This document shows, one piece after another, positions 1 to 10,103 of a DNA stretch of 64,000 nucleotides. The DNA lies in NCBI GenBank assembly GCA_013388435.1, contig JACAFE010000018.1:13390-77389 (forward strand). The letters are read 5' to 3'. The translations under genes and the position numbers were made by a program. Every line of letters begins with the position of its first letter. Positions within the stretch are counted from its first letter, which is position 1. A model generated the notes under the pieces. It ran no database searches, was not told the DNA's origin, and saw only the letters and a program-made list of their open reading frames with translations. The DNA is from Nitrospirota bacterium. Its GTDB lineage: Bacteria > Nitrospirota > Thermodesulfovibrionia > Thermodesulfovibrionales > SM23-35.

Positions 1-817
1 CGGGTTTTATTTTTAAAAAATTCGAGACTTCATGAACGGTTCTCTTCTCAGGAGTATATACTTCTTCGAATTCCCAGTCCATAGTTTCTGGCTTGTGAGG
101 AATTGTTTTTGCAAGTTCAATATTCGCTGAATAACCGCACGAACTGCATAGAACTACATCATCTTCACCTGCGGAACTCGCTGCCATGAATTCATGAGAA
201 GTTGCACCTCCCATCATGCCAGGATCGGATTGCACCATGTAAAATTTCAAACCACACCTTGTAAATATTTTTTTATATGCTTCTGCATGTAACTGATAAA
301 TTTTTTCAAGTCCGTCTTCATCTTTGTCAAAACTGTAGCTATCTTTCATTATAAATTCACGGGTTCTGAGAACCCCGCTTTTTGGTCTTGCTTCATCTCT
401 CAGCTTTGTTTCTATCTGATACCAGACCTGTGGCAGGTCTCTATATGAACGTATCTCTCTTGCAGCAAGCCATGTCATTATCTCTTCATGAGTCATGCCA
501 AGACACATATCCCGACCTGTTCTGTCCTTTAGCCTAAACATTTCATCACCTATCTCATACCATCTGCCTGTTTCCTGCCAGATTTCAGCAGGATGCAGGA
601 TTGGCAAAGATATTTCCTGAGCTCCGATGGCATTCATTTCTTCTCTCAAGATTTTATATATTCTGTCAAATACTTTAAGGCTCAAGGGCAGATAAATGTA
701 AATTCCTGCAGCAAGTTGTCTGATGTAGCCAGCTCTGAGCATCAGAATATGGCTTACTGCTTCGGCATCAGAAGGTACTTCTCTTAAAGTTGGAATCAAC
801 ATTTTCGAAAAAAACAT
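1..817 (-). CDS. proS: Prolyl-tRNA synthetase, N-terminal ~272 aa (3' end lies outside the window)
   Basis: Missing from the ORF track because it is open at the window edge. My minus-strand translation from ATG 817-815 (GGAGG at 827-823, 5-nt spacer) reads [45 protein letters not shown]...[56 protein letters not shown]. This matches the bacterial ProS N-terminus and class II motifs as I remember them. Confidence 0.9.
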   Translation of the reverse strand, partial: MFFSKMLIPTLREVPSDAEAVSHILMLRAGYIRQLAAGIYIYLPLSLKVFDRIYKILREEMNAIGAQEISLPILHPAEIWQETGRWYEIGDEMFRLKDRTGRDMCLGMTHEEIMTWLAAREIRSYRDLPQVWYQIETKLRDEARPKSGVLRTREFIMKDSYSFDKDEDGLEKIYQLHAEAYKKIFTRCGLKFYMVQSDPGMMGGATSHEFMAASSAGEDDVVLCSSCGYSANIELAKTIPHKPETMDWEFEEVYTPEKRTVHEVSNFLKIKP

Positions 818-884
818 TTTTGCCTCCATTTTTTACTCTTGCAATTATTAATTTGTTATTGTAGCACAGTTATGTCTATAAAAC

Positions 885-913
885 TTGATAAAATTATCAA
901 TGGAATATACACT
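885..913 (+). promoter_or_regulatory. Candidate sigma70 promoter of the alpha-2-macroglobulin gene
   Basis: TTGATA (885-890), 17-nt spacer, TACACT (908-913). It is followed by GGGAGG (932-937) and the ATG codons at 938 and 944. Confidence 0.35.
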
Positions 914-943
914 TTAAATATCTATCATTACGGGAGGATGGTT

Positions 944-3900
944 ATGAGATATAGGGTATTATTTTTGTTTCTATTTTTTTTATGTTTATATCCTCTAATT
1001 TCATTTGCATCAAGTGATTCTGTAATAGAGCATTTTTCTCCTCAGGGGCTTGTTAAAAATGTCAGGCAGGTTTCGGTACGTTTTTCAGAAAAAATGGTTT
1101 CCTTCGGGGATCCTGCATTAACAGACCCATTTGAAATAAGATGTTCTGAGAAAGGACGGGGAAGATGGATAGACAATAGAAACTGGGTCTATGATTTTGA
1201 TAGAGATTTACCCGCAGGAATAGCGTGTGATTTTATTCTAAAAAATGGATTAAAAACCTTTTCAGGAAAACAAATACAAGGCAAAAAGCTTTTTTCATTT
1301 AATACAGGAGGGCCATCAATCATCGAAGTCCATCCGTACGAAGGTTCCGAATATGTCAATGAAGATCAGATATTTATTCTTTTACTTGATGCAGAACCTT
1401 TAGAAGAATCTGTTCTGGAAAACGCTTTTTTTGCGGTTGAAGGAATTACTGAAAAAGTTGGAGTAAGAATAATTAAAGGCAGAGAAAAAGAAGATATACT
1501 GAAGACCAGATACAGAAAACATGATGTACAGATGCCTCACATGTTAATACAGGCAAAACAAATATTTCCTCCTAATGTTAAAGTCCAGCTTATATGGAGC
1601 AAAAATATTGAGTCCCCATGTAGGATGAAGAACGAACAGGATCAGATTTTACATTTCAAAACAAGAGGGCCATTCACCGCTACATTTAATTGTGAAAGAG
1701 AAAATGCAAAGTCTGATTGTATTCCATTGCTCCCAATATACCTGAGTTTTTCATCGCCTGTCCCTCAGAAATTTATTGAGAATATTGTATTAAAAAGCAG
1801 TGATAATAAAATTTACAAACCATCTGAATTAGATAACAAACAAAGAAATGATTTTATTTATAGTGTAACTTTCGAAGGACCATTCCCTGAAAAGACTTCT
1901 TTTGTGATAGAAATTCAGAAAGATATAAAAGATGATTCGGGTAGAAATCTTTCCAATATTGATAAATTCCCTTTAACCGTAAAAACTGATTATTTTCCGC
2001 CCCTCGCCAAGTTTTCAGCAAGATTTGGAATCATAGAGGCAATCGATACCGTGCTTCCAGTGACAGTAAGAAATATAGAACCAAGATTAAAAACAAGAAT
2101 GCTTCAGATAAACAATGATGCAAGTCCTGTTCAGGAAATTAAAGGAAGCATAAAGAATATTCCTCCTGATGAAGAAGAAGAGATTATTGAATGGATGAAA
2201 AAACTTGCTTCAGCAAAGAGGGAAAAATCTATTTTTGAAACTGAAAAATCTCAAAAACCTTCTCAACATATAGGATCAAATATAAAAGAGCTTGACATAC
2301 CGAAATTAGATGGTTCTAAGTCTTTTGAAGTTGTGGGAATACCATTTAAAGAACCAGGCTTTTATATTGTAGAACTTGAAAGCAATATACTCGGAATATC
2401 TTTACTTGCAGAAGAAAAACCTTTGTATGTTCCGGCAGGAGCGCTCGTTACAAATCTTGCAGCACATTTCAAATGGGGCAGAGAATCCTCTCTCGTATGG
2501 GTAACAACACTCGATGAGGCCGTTCCAGTTCCAGATGCTGATATACATATAAGAGATTGTAAAGGGAAAATTATTTGGAAGGGCAAAACAGACAAAAATG
2601 GCATCGCAATGATTAATGATGAATTACCTGATTATAATAAACTTCCAGTCTGTCCTATAGAGATAAATTATCGTGATGCTGAGCAGGCAATTACTTCAAT
2701 TAATAGCGGATTATTTGTTTTTGCAAGAAAAGACAATGATCTTACATTTGTTCATTCCAACTGGGATAATGGAATTGAACCATGGAGATTCAATCTACCC
2801 GAACCATCTTATCAGGGTCCTGTTATTGCGCACACTGTTTTTGATAGAACTCTTCTGAGAGCAGGAGAAACTATTCATATGAAGCACTTAATCAGGAAAC
2901 ATGCAACGAGTGGATTTGAATTTCTTGATAAAAATGAATTACCCAAATCTATGATTGTTCAACATACAGGAAGCAGCCAGAGATATGAATTCCCTCTCAA
3001 ATGGGATGAAAATGGAGTTGCTTTAACAGACTGGCAAATACCTGCAGAATCAAAACTTGGAAGCTATGAAGTCATTCTTCTGAAAAAAGCTATCGAGAAG
3101 CCTTCTTCAAGAACAAATGTCGGAGGATATGAATCAGGAGATGAAGAATATTTTATTCCTGATGGATGGCGTTCAGGAACTTTCAGGGTTGAAGAATTCA
3201 GGGTACCTCTTATGAAAGCCATTCTTCAACCTCCGATTGAGCCATTGATTAATGCATCAGAAGTAAATATTGATATTATGCTTTCGTATCTCTCAGGCGG
3301 TGGCGCCAGTAACACACCTGTGAAACTCAGAACTGTTATTCAGCCCGGGCAGGTTTATTTTAATGATTATGAAGAATATTTATTCTCTAACGGTGAAATA
3401 AAAGAAGGTATTAAGACAAGAACAGGATTTGTTGAATCAGAAGATCAGCGTTCTTTTTCAAAATATTCAATAAAGACTCAGGACATATTGCTCGATAAAA
3501 CAGGAAGTTCGAGAGCAGTAATTAGAAATATCCCAAAAATTATGCAACCACATGATCTGCATGCAGAGCTTGAATTCAGAGATCCTAATGGCGAGATACA
3601 AACATCTTCAATAAAAATACCTTTATGGAATTCCAAAGTTCTTATCGGTATTAAACCTGATTCATGGGCATTGTCAAAGGATTTTTTTAAATTTAGTGCA
3701 GTAGTGCTGAATATTAATGGAAAAGCTGTTTCCAGAGCTCCGGTGAAAGTTGAATTGTTTCAAAAGCTTCATTATTCTCACAGGAAAAGGCTCGTCGGAG
3801 GGTACTACGCATATGAACATGTAACCGAAATAAAAAGACTCGGCAGTATTTGCGAAGGTTCAACTGACTCAAAAGGTTTACTTATTTGTGAAGCACAATC

Positions 3901-6721
3901 ACCTGTGTCGGGGAATATTATTCTTCAAGCTGAAACTCATGATGAATATGGCAATAAGTCAGTTGCTCACCATGAAATATGGGTTGCAGGAAAAGATGAC
4001 TGGTGGTTTGATGTATCTGACAATGACAGAATAGACCTTCTTCCTGAAAAGAGAAGATATGAACCTGGTGAAACAGCTAAATTTCAGGTCAGGATGCCTT
4101 TTAGAGTAGCAACAGCTCTTGTTAGTGTTGAACGCGAAGGAATAATTGATACCTTTATAAAAAAATTATCCGGTAAATCTCCGATTATAGAAATCCCGGT
4201 AAAAGGTAATTACGCTCCGAATGTATTTATTTCAGCATTAATTGTTAGAGGCAGGGTATCTGAACCGCAGCCAACTGCAATGGCTGATCTCGGAAAACCT
4301 GCTTATAAACTCGGCATTTCTGAAATAAGAGTTGGCTGGAAAGCGCATGAGCTAAAAGTATCGGTTGAACCTGAAAAACCTGTTTATAAAATACGTGAAA
4401 AAACAAAAATTCATATTAAAGTCAGACTTTCTGATGAATCTTTTATGAAAAAACTCTTAAAAGAAAAACTTAAATATGAAGTTGCTATTGCTGCAATTGA
4501 TGAAGGTTTGCTTGAGTTAATGCCGAATCAAAGCTGGAAATTGCTTGAATCAATGATGACACAAAGGGGTTATGAAATACATACAGCTACTGCCCAGATG
4601 CAGGTTGTTGGAAAAAGACATTACGGGCTCAAGTCTCTTCCTCATGGAGGCGGAGGAGGAAGACAAACAATAAGAGAATTATTTGAAACCCTTCTTTACT
4701 GGAATCCGAAGATTGTTCTTGATAAAAATGGAGAAGCAGATGTGGAGATACCTTTAAATGACTCTTTAACTGGATTCAGAATCGCAGCAATAGCATTTGC
4801 CGGCAAAGACTTTTTTGGAGAAGGCGAAACCATTATAAGAACAACACAGGATTTAATGATAATTTCAGGAATTCCTCCTGTAATAAGAGAAGGGGATTCT
4901 TTCAAAGCAAACTTTACAGTTAGAAATGCTTCTGACAGGGATATGAAGATTAGGATAACCGGGAGTATGAAAACAGATACTTCAGGTCAAACTCTTGAAG
5001 AAATCATTGAGAATCTTTCTGCAGGAGAAGCAAAAGATGCTGGATGGGATATTATAGTGCAATCTAATGCTAACAAAATTCAATACGAAATCAAAGCATC
5101 AGAAATTAAAGACAGTTTATCCGACAATATAAATAATGCTTCTGATACTCTTAAAGTTACACAAAAAGTTATTGAAGCAATACCATTGCGGGTATTTCAA
5201 TCAATAATGACACAGGTTGATAAGACATATTCTCTCAGTATAAAAAAACCAGAAAAGGCTTTAACTAACAAAGGTGGTATTTCTTTATCTCTAAGGCCGA
5301 GATTATCAAATGGATTGTCCGGCGTCGAGTGGTTCATGAAACGCTATCCATATACTTGTATGGAACAGAAGGTTTCAAAAGCAATAGCGTTAAGAAATCC
5401 TAAACTCTGGGAAGATGTAATTTCTGAACTTCCTGCACATCTTGATAGCGACGGGCTTGTAAAGTTTTTCCATTTCTGTAGTTCCGGAAGCGATGTTTTG
5501 ACATCCTATATTCTCTCAATTTCAAAAGAAGCTGGACTGGAGATACCATCTGATATTAAAAATAGAATGATTCAAGGGCTCACAGCTTTCATAGAAGGCC
5601 GTATTATCAGGTGGTCTTCATTGCCAACAGCGGATGTTTCAATAAGAAAGATAGGAGCTGTGGAAGCATTATCAAGATGGGGATATGCAAAACCATCTAT
5701 GCTTTCATCTATCACAATTGAACCCAATCTATGGCCTACTTCTGCGTTAATTGACTGGATTAACCTGCTTTTCAGAGTTAAAGGAATTCAGGAGCGAGAA
5801 AAGAGAATTGAACAAGCTTTGCATATTCTAAGAGCAAGAGTAAATTTCGAGGGCACTACATTCGGTTTTTCGACCGAGAAAAACGATTATTTATGGTGGC
5901 TCATGTCATCTCCTGATACAAATGCTGTTAAGACAATTTTGACATTAATCGAATTTAACTTGTGGAAGGATGATATTCCACGATTTACAAAAGGAGCTTT
6001 AAACCGCCAGGTCAGAGGTTTCTGGAATACAACAATTTCCAATTCATGGGGTGTTCTCGCAATGGAAAAATTCTCGGGTAAATTTGAATCAGAAAAAGTT
6101 ACAGGCATTACATACGCCCGTACAAAAGGAGAATATGATTCTATCAACTGGCAGGAAAATCCGGATGGTGGTATTTTAAATTTCAACTGGCCACTTAAAG
6201 AAGATTCCCTGAAAATATCACATGAAGGCACCGGAGCTCCATGGGCAACAATTCATAGCCTTGTAGCTGTTCAGCAAAAAGAAAATGTTTTCAATGGATT
6301 TAAGATTAAGAAAGATATTATTCCCTTAGAACAAAAGAATAAAGATAAATGGGTTAAAGGTGATGTGATTAGAGTAAAACTTGAAATAGATGCACAGACT
6401 GACATGACATGGGTTGTGGTTAATGATCCTGTTCCTGCAGGCTCTACCATACTCAAAACAAGTCTTGCAAGAGATTCGATATTTCTTACAAAAGATGAAA
6501 AACAAAATAACTGGATTTCCCCTGTATTTACAGAACGTGCTTTTGATTCGTTCAGAGCATATTATGAATTTGTGCCAAAAGGAACATGGACTGTGGAATA
6601 CACAATAAGACTCAACAACGAAGGAGTATTTAACCTGCCTGCTACAAGAGTAGAAGCTCTTTACGCACCTGAATTTTTCGGAGAATTACCCAACAAAAAT
6701 ATTACAGTAGAAACTCGATAA
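944..6721 (+). CDS. Bacterial alpha-2-macroglobulin family protein (large periplasmic protease-trap, thioester-containing)
   Basis: ORF 839-6721. The likely true start is ATG 944 (or 938), just after GGGAGG, giving the signal peptide MRYRVLFLFLFFLCLYPLISFA/SSD. Length is ~1925 aa. A thioester motif C-M-E-Q lies at 5357-5368 in the context RYPYTCMEQ, the same CxEQ context as E. coli YfhM-type A2M. Confidence 0.85.
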   Translation: MRYRVLFLFLFFLCLYPLISFASSDSVIEHFSPQGLVKNVRQVSVRFSEKMVSFGDPALTDPFEIRCSEKGRGRWIDNRNWVYDFDRDLPAGIACDFILKNGLKTFSGKQIQGKKLFSFNTGGPSIIEVHPYEGSEYVNEDQIFILLLDAEPLEESVLENAFFAVEGITEKVGVRIIKGREKEDILKTRYRKHDVQMPHMLIQAKQIFPPNVKVQLIWSKNIESPCRMKNEQDQILHFKTRGPFTATFNCERENAKSDCIPLLPIYLSFSSPVPQKFIENIVLKSSDNKIYKPSELDNKQRNDFIYSVTFEGPFPEKTSFVIEIQKDIKDDSGRNLSNIDKFPLTVKTDYFPPLAKFSARFGIIEAIDTVLPVTVRNIEPRLKTRMLQINNDASPVQEIKGSIKNIPPDEEEEIIEWMKKLASAKREKSIFETEKSQKPSQHIGSNIKELDIPKLDGSKSFEVVGIPFKEPGFYIVELESNILGISLLAEEKPLYVPAGALVTNLAAHFKWGRESSLVWVTTLDEAVPVPDADIHIRDCKGKIIWKGKTDKNGIAMINDELPDYNKLPVCPIEINYRDAEQAITSINSGLFVFARKDNDLTFVHSNWDNGIEPWRFNLPEPSYQGPVIAHTVFDRTLLRAGETIHMKHLIRKHATSGFEFLDKNELPKSMIVQHTGSSQRYEFPLKWDENGVALTDWQIPAESKLGSYEVILLKKAIEKPSSRTNVGGYESGDEEYFIPDGWRSGTFRVEEFRVPLMKAILQPPIEPLINASEVNIDIMLSYLSGGGASNTPVKLRTVIQPGQVYFNDYEEYLFSNGEIKEGIKTRTGFVESEDQRSFSKYSIKTQDILLDKTGSSRAVIRNIPKIMQPHDLHAELEFRDPNGEIQTSSIKIPLWNSKVLIGIKPDSWALSKDFFKFSAVVLNINGKAVSRAPVKVELFQKLHYSHRKRLVGGYYAYEHVTEIKRLGSICEGSTDSKGLLICEAQSPVSGNIILQAETHDEYGNKSVAHHEIWVAGKDDWWFDVSDNDRIDLLPEKRRYEPGETAKFQVRMPFRVATALVSVEREGIIDTFIKKLSGKSPIIEIPVKGNYAPNVFISALIVRGRVSEPQPTAMADLGKPAYKLGISEIRVGWKAHELKVSVEPEKPVYKIREKTKIHIKVRLSDESFMKKLLKEKLKYEVAIAAIDEGLLELMPNQSWKLLESMMTQRGYEIHTATAQMQVVGKRHYGLKSLPHGGGGGRQTIRELFETLLYWNPKIVLDKNGEADVEIPLNDSLTGFRIAAIAFAGKDFFGEGETIIRTTQDLMIISGIPPVIREGDSFKANFTVRNASDRDMKIRITGSMKTDTSGQTLEEIIENLSAGEAKDAGWDIIVQSNANKIQYEIKASEIKDSLSDNINNASDTLKVTQKVIEAIPLRVFQSIMTQVDKTYSLSIKKPEKALTNKGGISLSLRPRLSNGLSGVEWFMKRYPYTCMEQKVSKAIALRNPKLWEDVISELPAHLDSDGLVKFFHFCSSGSDVLTSYILSISKEAGLEIPSDIKNRMIQGLTAFIEGRIIRWSSLPTADVSIRKIGAVEALSRWGYAKPSMLSSITIEPNLWPTSALIDWINLLFRVKGIQEREKRIEQALHILRARVNFEGTTFGFSTEKNDYLWWLMSSPDTNAVKTILTLIEFNLWKDDIPRFTKGALNRQVRGFWNTTISNSWGVLAMEKFSGKFESEKVTGITYARTKGEYDSINWQENPDGGILNFNWPLKEDSLKISHEGTGAPWATIHSLVAVQQKENVFNGFKIKKDIIPLEQKNKDKWVKGDVIRVKLEIDAQTDMTWVVVNDPVPAGSTILKTSLARDSIFLTKDEKQNNWISPVFTERAFDSFRAYYEFVPKGTWTVEYTIRLNNEGVFNLPATRVEALYAPEFFGELPNKNITVETR

Positions 6722-6887
6722 TTCAATAAAACAGGCTTTGTTAAGGAGGCTAATGGGTTGTATTCCAACTTTATCAAGTTGGTCAGAGGGTTCTCTACTC
6801 GTAATAACTATTTAAATAAAATATAAACTACGAGATATGAGTAATGTCCGCTCTATTCGGGATAATTACATTTTATAAAAATTAAAG

Positions 6888-6930
6888 TTGACTAATCACG
6901 CCCGAATGTTTTATGTTAGTAAGTACTTAC
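6888..6930 (+). promoter_or_regulatory. Candidate promoter plus palindromic operator upstream of the TetR/efflux operon
   Basis: TTGACT (6888-6893), 18-nt spacer, TATGTT (6912-6917). It is immediately followed by the perfect 12-bp palindrome GTAAGTACTTAC (6919-6930), ~75 nt upstream of the TetR start. Confidence 0.35.
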
Positions 6931-7005
6931 ATTTATATTATCTTTTCATATTTGTTAAGTCTGGCAATAACGAAAAGGATTAATAAGGTCTAAATAAGAT
7001 AAAAA

Positions 7006-7596
7006 ATGGCAAAGGTTATTTCAACAAAAGAAAAGATTCTTAAAACAGCTATTAAACTTTTCTCTAAAAAAGGTTATCTTGGAGCTACTACAAAAGAGAT
7101 AGCAAAAGAAGCAGGAATTGCCGAGGTTACCCTATTCAGATATTTTCCGTCAAAAGAAAATCTTTTTGAGGAAACTCTAAGTGTTTATTCTTTCCTGCCT
7201 GTATTGAAGGGATTACTTCCAGACTTAGCCAACATGCCTTTTGATAAAGCATTGAAAATTATAGCGCATGAATTTTTAAATACTCTTGAATCAAAAAAAT
7301 ACTTAATCAGGATAATGCATTCGGAGGTGAGCAATTACCCTGATAAAGTTCATAAAATATACCACAATTTCATAGAAGAAATGATTAAAACCCTTGCTTC
7401 TTTTTTTGAAGAACAGCAGAAAAAAGGAATATTGAGAGAATTTAATACAAATTCAGGAGCCATGGCTTTTTTAGGCATGTTTTTTTCTTTCTTTAATGCA
7501 AGGGAACTTCATATGATGAAAAATTTTAAAAATCTTGATGTAAAAAAGATAGTCGAAGATTTTATTGACATTTTCATAAGGGGGTCAATCAAATGA
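7006..7596 (+). CDS. TetR/AcrR family transcriptional regulator
   Basis: 196 aa. The N-terminal HTH is typical of TetR: ILKTAIKLFSKKGYLGATTKEIAKEAGIAEVTLFRYFPSKENLF. The stop overlaps the next gene start (ATGA). Confidence 0.9.
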   Translation: MAKVISTKEKILKTAIKLFSKKGYLGATTKEIAKEAGIAEVTLFRYFPSKENLFEETLSVYSFLPVLKGLLPDLANMPFDKALKIIAHEFLNTLESKKYLIRIMHSEVSNYPDKVHKIYHNFIEEMIKTLASFFEEQQKKGILREFNTNSGAMAFLGMFFSFFNARELHMMKNFKNLDVKKIVEDFIDIFIRGSIK

Positions 7597-8921
7597 AAAA
7601 TCATAAAAGTTTTATATTAATTGCAGTAATTTTTTCAGCAGTATTTTTTTATCATATTGAAAATGTTTTTGCTCTTGAGGAGTATTCATTAAAAGATTTA
7701 TATATTCTGGCGCTTAAACAGGCTGAAAAGATAAAAATTTCTGAAGAAGATTTATTTATAGCCGACAGAAACAAAGATAAAGCTTTATCTGCCTTTCTTC
7801 CTGTGGTAACAGTTTTTGGAGAGTATAAAAAATACAGTGAAGAAAAAAAAGCAACAAGTTCTTTTGGAAGTTTTAGCATCCAGCCTCGCAGTTCATCTTC
7901 ATGGGGTCTTAGAATCGATCAATCTTTTTCACTTGGTGGCAAAGAGATCACAAATTACAATATTTCAAAAAGAAATATAGAAAGCAATGCCAGATACCTT
8001 AATGCTGTTAAAGAAGAATATTTATTCGAAGTGGCATCAGCATATTATGACTATCTCAGATCTTTAAAATATCTGGACATAACAAAAGCCAATGTCGAAA
8101 GACTGAAAAAACATCTTGATGCTGCAAAAGCAAGGTTGCATGCGGGCGAGGTTACAAAAACAGTGGTTCTAAGGGCTGAAGCAGAATTATCGGGTGCGGA
8201 ATCAGAAAAAATCAAAGCAGAGAATTCCCTGAAAATCGCAAAAGCAATACTTGCAAGACAGGTTGGTATATCTGAAGATTTCCTGGTAAAAGAAGACTTT
8301 GAAGAAAATAATAATTTAATAAACCTTACATTTTCTGATTTTCAAAATATGGCTCTCTCTGAAAGGGCTGAATTAATTGCTTCTGATATTCAAAAAAAAA
8401 TTGCAGAAGAAAGGGTAAAATATGCGAAAGGTTCTTTTTTTCCAACAGTTTCATTCGAAGGAATGTATTTAAATTTGGATGAAAATCCTTCTTCTCCTTT
8501 TATTAATGATGAAAGCATATATGGACTGTTAAGGCTTAATTTCCCGGTTTTTGAGGGAGGACTGAGAAGGGCTGAAGTAAGAGAGGCAGAAGCAAAAAAA
8601 AGACAGGCAATTTTATCTTATGATGACCTGAAAAAAACAATATCCATTGAAGTGGAAAATGCATATCTTGATATGCATACTCAATTTAGCATCCTGAAAT
8701 CTTTGCAGGATCAAACAATATTTGCAAAAGACAATTTCAATGCTGTTACAAAACAATTCGCATATGGACTCGCAAACAGCATAGATGTCATGGATGCCAA
8801 TACTCTACTTGTTACTTCCGAAAGACAATTGTCAGAGGCAAAATATAATTATCAGTTATCAGTAATAAAACTCAAAAGAGCCGCTGGTATTCTACTAAAA
8901 GAAGTGCTTACTTACAAATAA
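7593..8921 (+). CDS. TolC-like outer membrane efflux protein (OEP family)
   Basis: 442 aa with a signal peptide. It has the duplicated coiled-coil/beta-barrel organisation typical of the outer membrane factor family. It is the first structural gene of the efflux operon. Confidence 0.85.
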   Translation: MKNHKSFILIAVIFSAVFFYHIENVFALEEYSLKDLYILALKQAEKIKISEEDLFIADRNKDKALSAFLPVVTVFGEYKKYSEEKKATSSFGSFSIQPRSSSSWGLRIDQSFSLGGKEITNYNISKRNIESNARYLNAVKEEYLFEVASAYYDYLRSLKYLDITKANVERLKKHLDAAKARLHAGEVTKTVVLRAEAELSGAESEKIKAENSLKIAKAILARQVGISEDFLVKEDFEENNNLINLTFSDFQNMALSERAELIASDIQKKIAEERVKYAKGSFFPTVSFEGMYLNLDENPSSPFINDESIYGLLRLNFPVFEGGLRRAEVREAEAKKRQAILSYDDLKKTISIEVENAYLDMHTQFSILKSLQDQTIFAKDNFNAVTKQFAYGLANSIDVMDANTLLVTSERQLSEAKYNYQLSVIKLKRAAGILLKEVLTYK

Positions 8922-8960
8922 TAAATAAGACCGAAATAATTTATGAGGAGATTTTGAATT

Positions 8961-10085
8961 ATGTGGAAAAAGATGACTGCTCTGTTCCCTATTCTAATCG
9001 CTCTATTTTCAATAATTTTATTTTCAGGCTGCGATAAAAAAGACAGGAGGGTCCAGATTGAAAAAATTATAAACATCCATGCCCTTAAAGTAGAAAAAAA
9101 GCAATTAAAACCATATATAGAATCCGTAGGCACTTTGTATCCAGATGAGGAAGTTGTTGTAAGCGCTGAAATTGAAGGCATTTTAAAAAATGTCAGGGGA
9201 GATGAAGGAGCACCGGTCTATAAGGGACAAACGCTCGCGGTTATAGATGATATTGATTATGAACTTGATGTAAAAAGAACAGAAGCGTTATTAAAACAGG
9301 CTGAAGCAACTCTTGCAAACACAAAATTAGAATATCAGAGAAAAGAATCTCTTTATAAGGAACAGCTTGTAACCGAGCAGCAGTTTGACGATGTTAAAAC
9401 AAGACTGTCACTTGCTGAAGCAGATGTTGATAAAGCGAAAGCGACTTTAATGCTTTCAAGACAGAAACATCTAAAAACAAAGATTTTATCACCATTGACA
9501 GGTGTTATTAAAACAAAACATATTGAGAAAGGCAATCTTGTTAAGAATGGCTCGCCCTTGTTTACTCTAATACGCAACAATCCTCTTAAAATGAGTTTTA
9601 CAATAACCGAAAAAGACCTGTCCAAATTAAAACCGGGCCAGCAGGTTAAACTGAGAGTTGATGCATATCCTGATAAAGAGTTTGAAGGAATTTTAAACAT
9701 AATTTATCCAAGCCTTGATGAAAGAACCCGTTCACTTCGGGCAGAGGCAAAAATACCTAACAATAATGGTCTGTTAAAACCCGGCTTATTCGCGCATGTA
9801 ATTCTATACACCGGCGCGCCAAAGGATACGATTGTTATACCTTCAACCTCTCTTTTGTATGAAGGAGAGTCAATAAAAGTTTTTGTTGTTGAAGGAGAAG
9901 TTGCAAAAGAGCGTCCTGTCAAGATAGGTCAGAAATATAAGATAGAAACTTCAACAGATACAAAAAGAAAAGATACCGTAGAATATACCGAAATCATGGA
10001 AGGATTAAAAGAAAATGAGCTTGTGGTTACAGTCGGACAGCAGGGTTTATACGACGGTGCAAAAGTCAAGATTGTAGAACAGTAA
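8961..10085 (+). CDS. RND efflux periplasmic adaptor (membrane fusion protein, lipoprotein)
   Basis: 374 aa with lipobox LFSGC. It has a HlyD_D23-type alpha-hairpin and beta-barrel layout and lies directly upstream of the RND pump. Confidence 0.85.
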   Translation: MWKKMTALFPILIALFSIILFSGCDKKDRRVQIEKIINIHALKVEKKQLKPYIESVGTLYPDEEVVVSAEIEGILKNVRGDEGAPVYKGQTLAVIDDIDYELDVKRTEALLKQAEATLANTKLEYQRKESLYKEQLVTEQQFDDVKTRLSLAEADVDKAKATLMLSRQKHLKTKILSPLTGVIKTKHIEKGNLVKNGSPLFTLIRNNPLKMSFTITEKDLSKLKPGQQVKLRVDAYPDKEFEGILNIIYPSLDERTRSLRAEAKIPNNNGLLKPGLFAHVILYTGAPKDTIVIPSTSLLYEGESIKVFVVEGEVAKERPVKIGQKYKIETSTDTKRKDTVEYTEIMEGLKENELVVTVGQQGLYDGAKVKIVEQ

Positions 10086-10103
10086 AAAAATCGGTGAATA
10101 AAT

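Noticed and set aside
839-943. N-terminal 35-aa extension of the alpha-2-macroglobulin ORF (MQLLICYCSTVMSIK...)
   Set aside because: It has no RBS, and the candidate promoter (885-913) lies inside it. GGGAGG precedes ATG 938/944, which yields a proper signal peptide.
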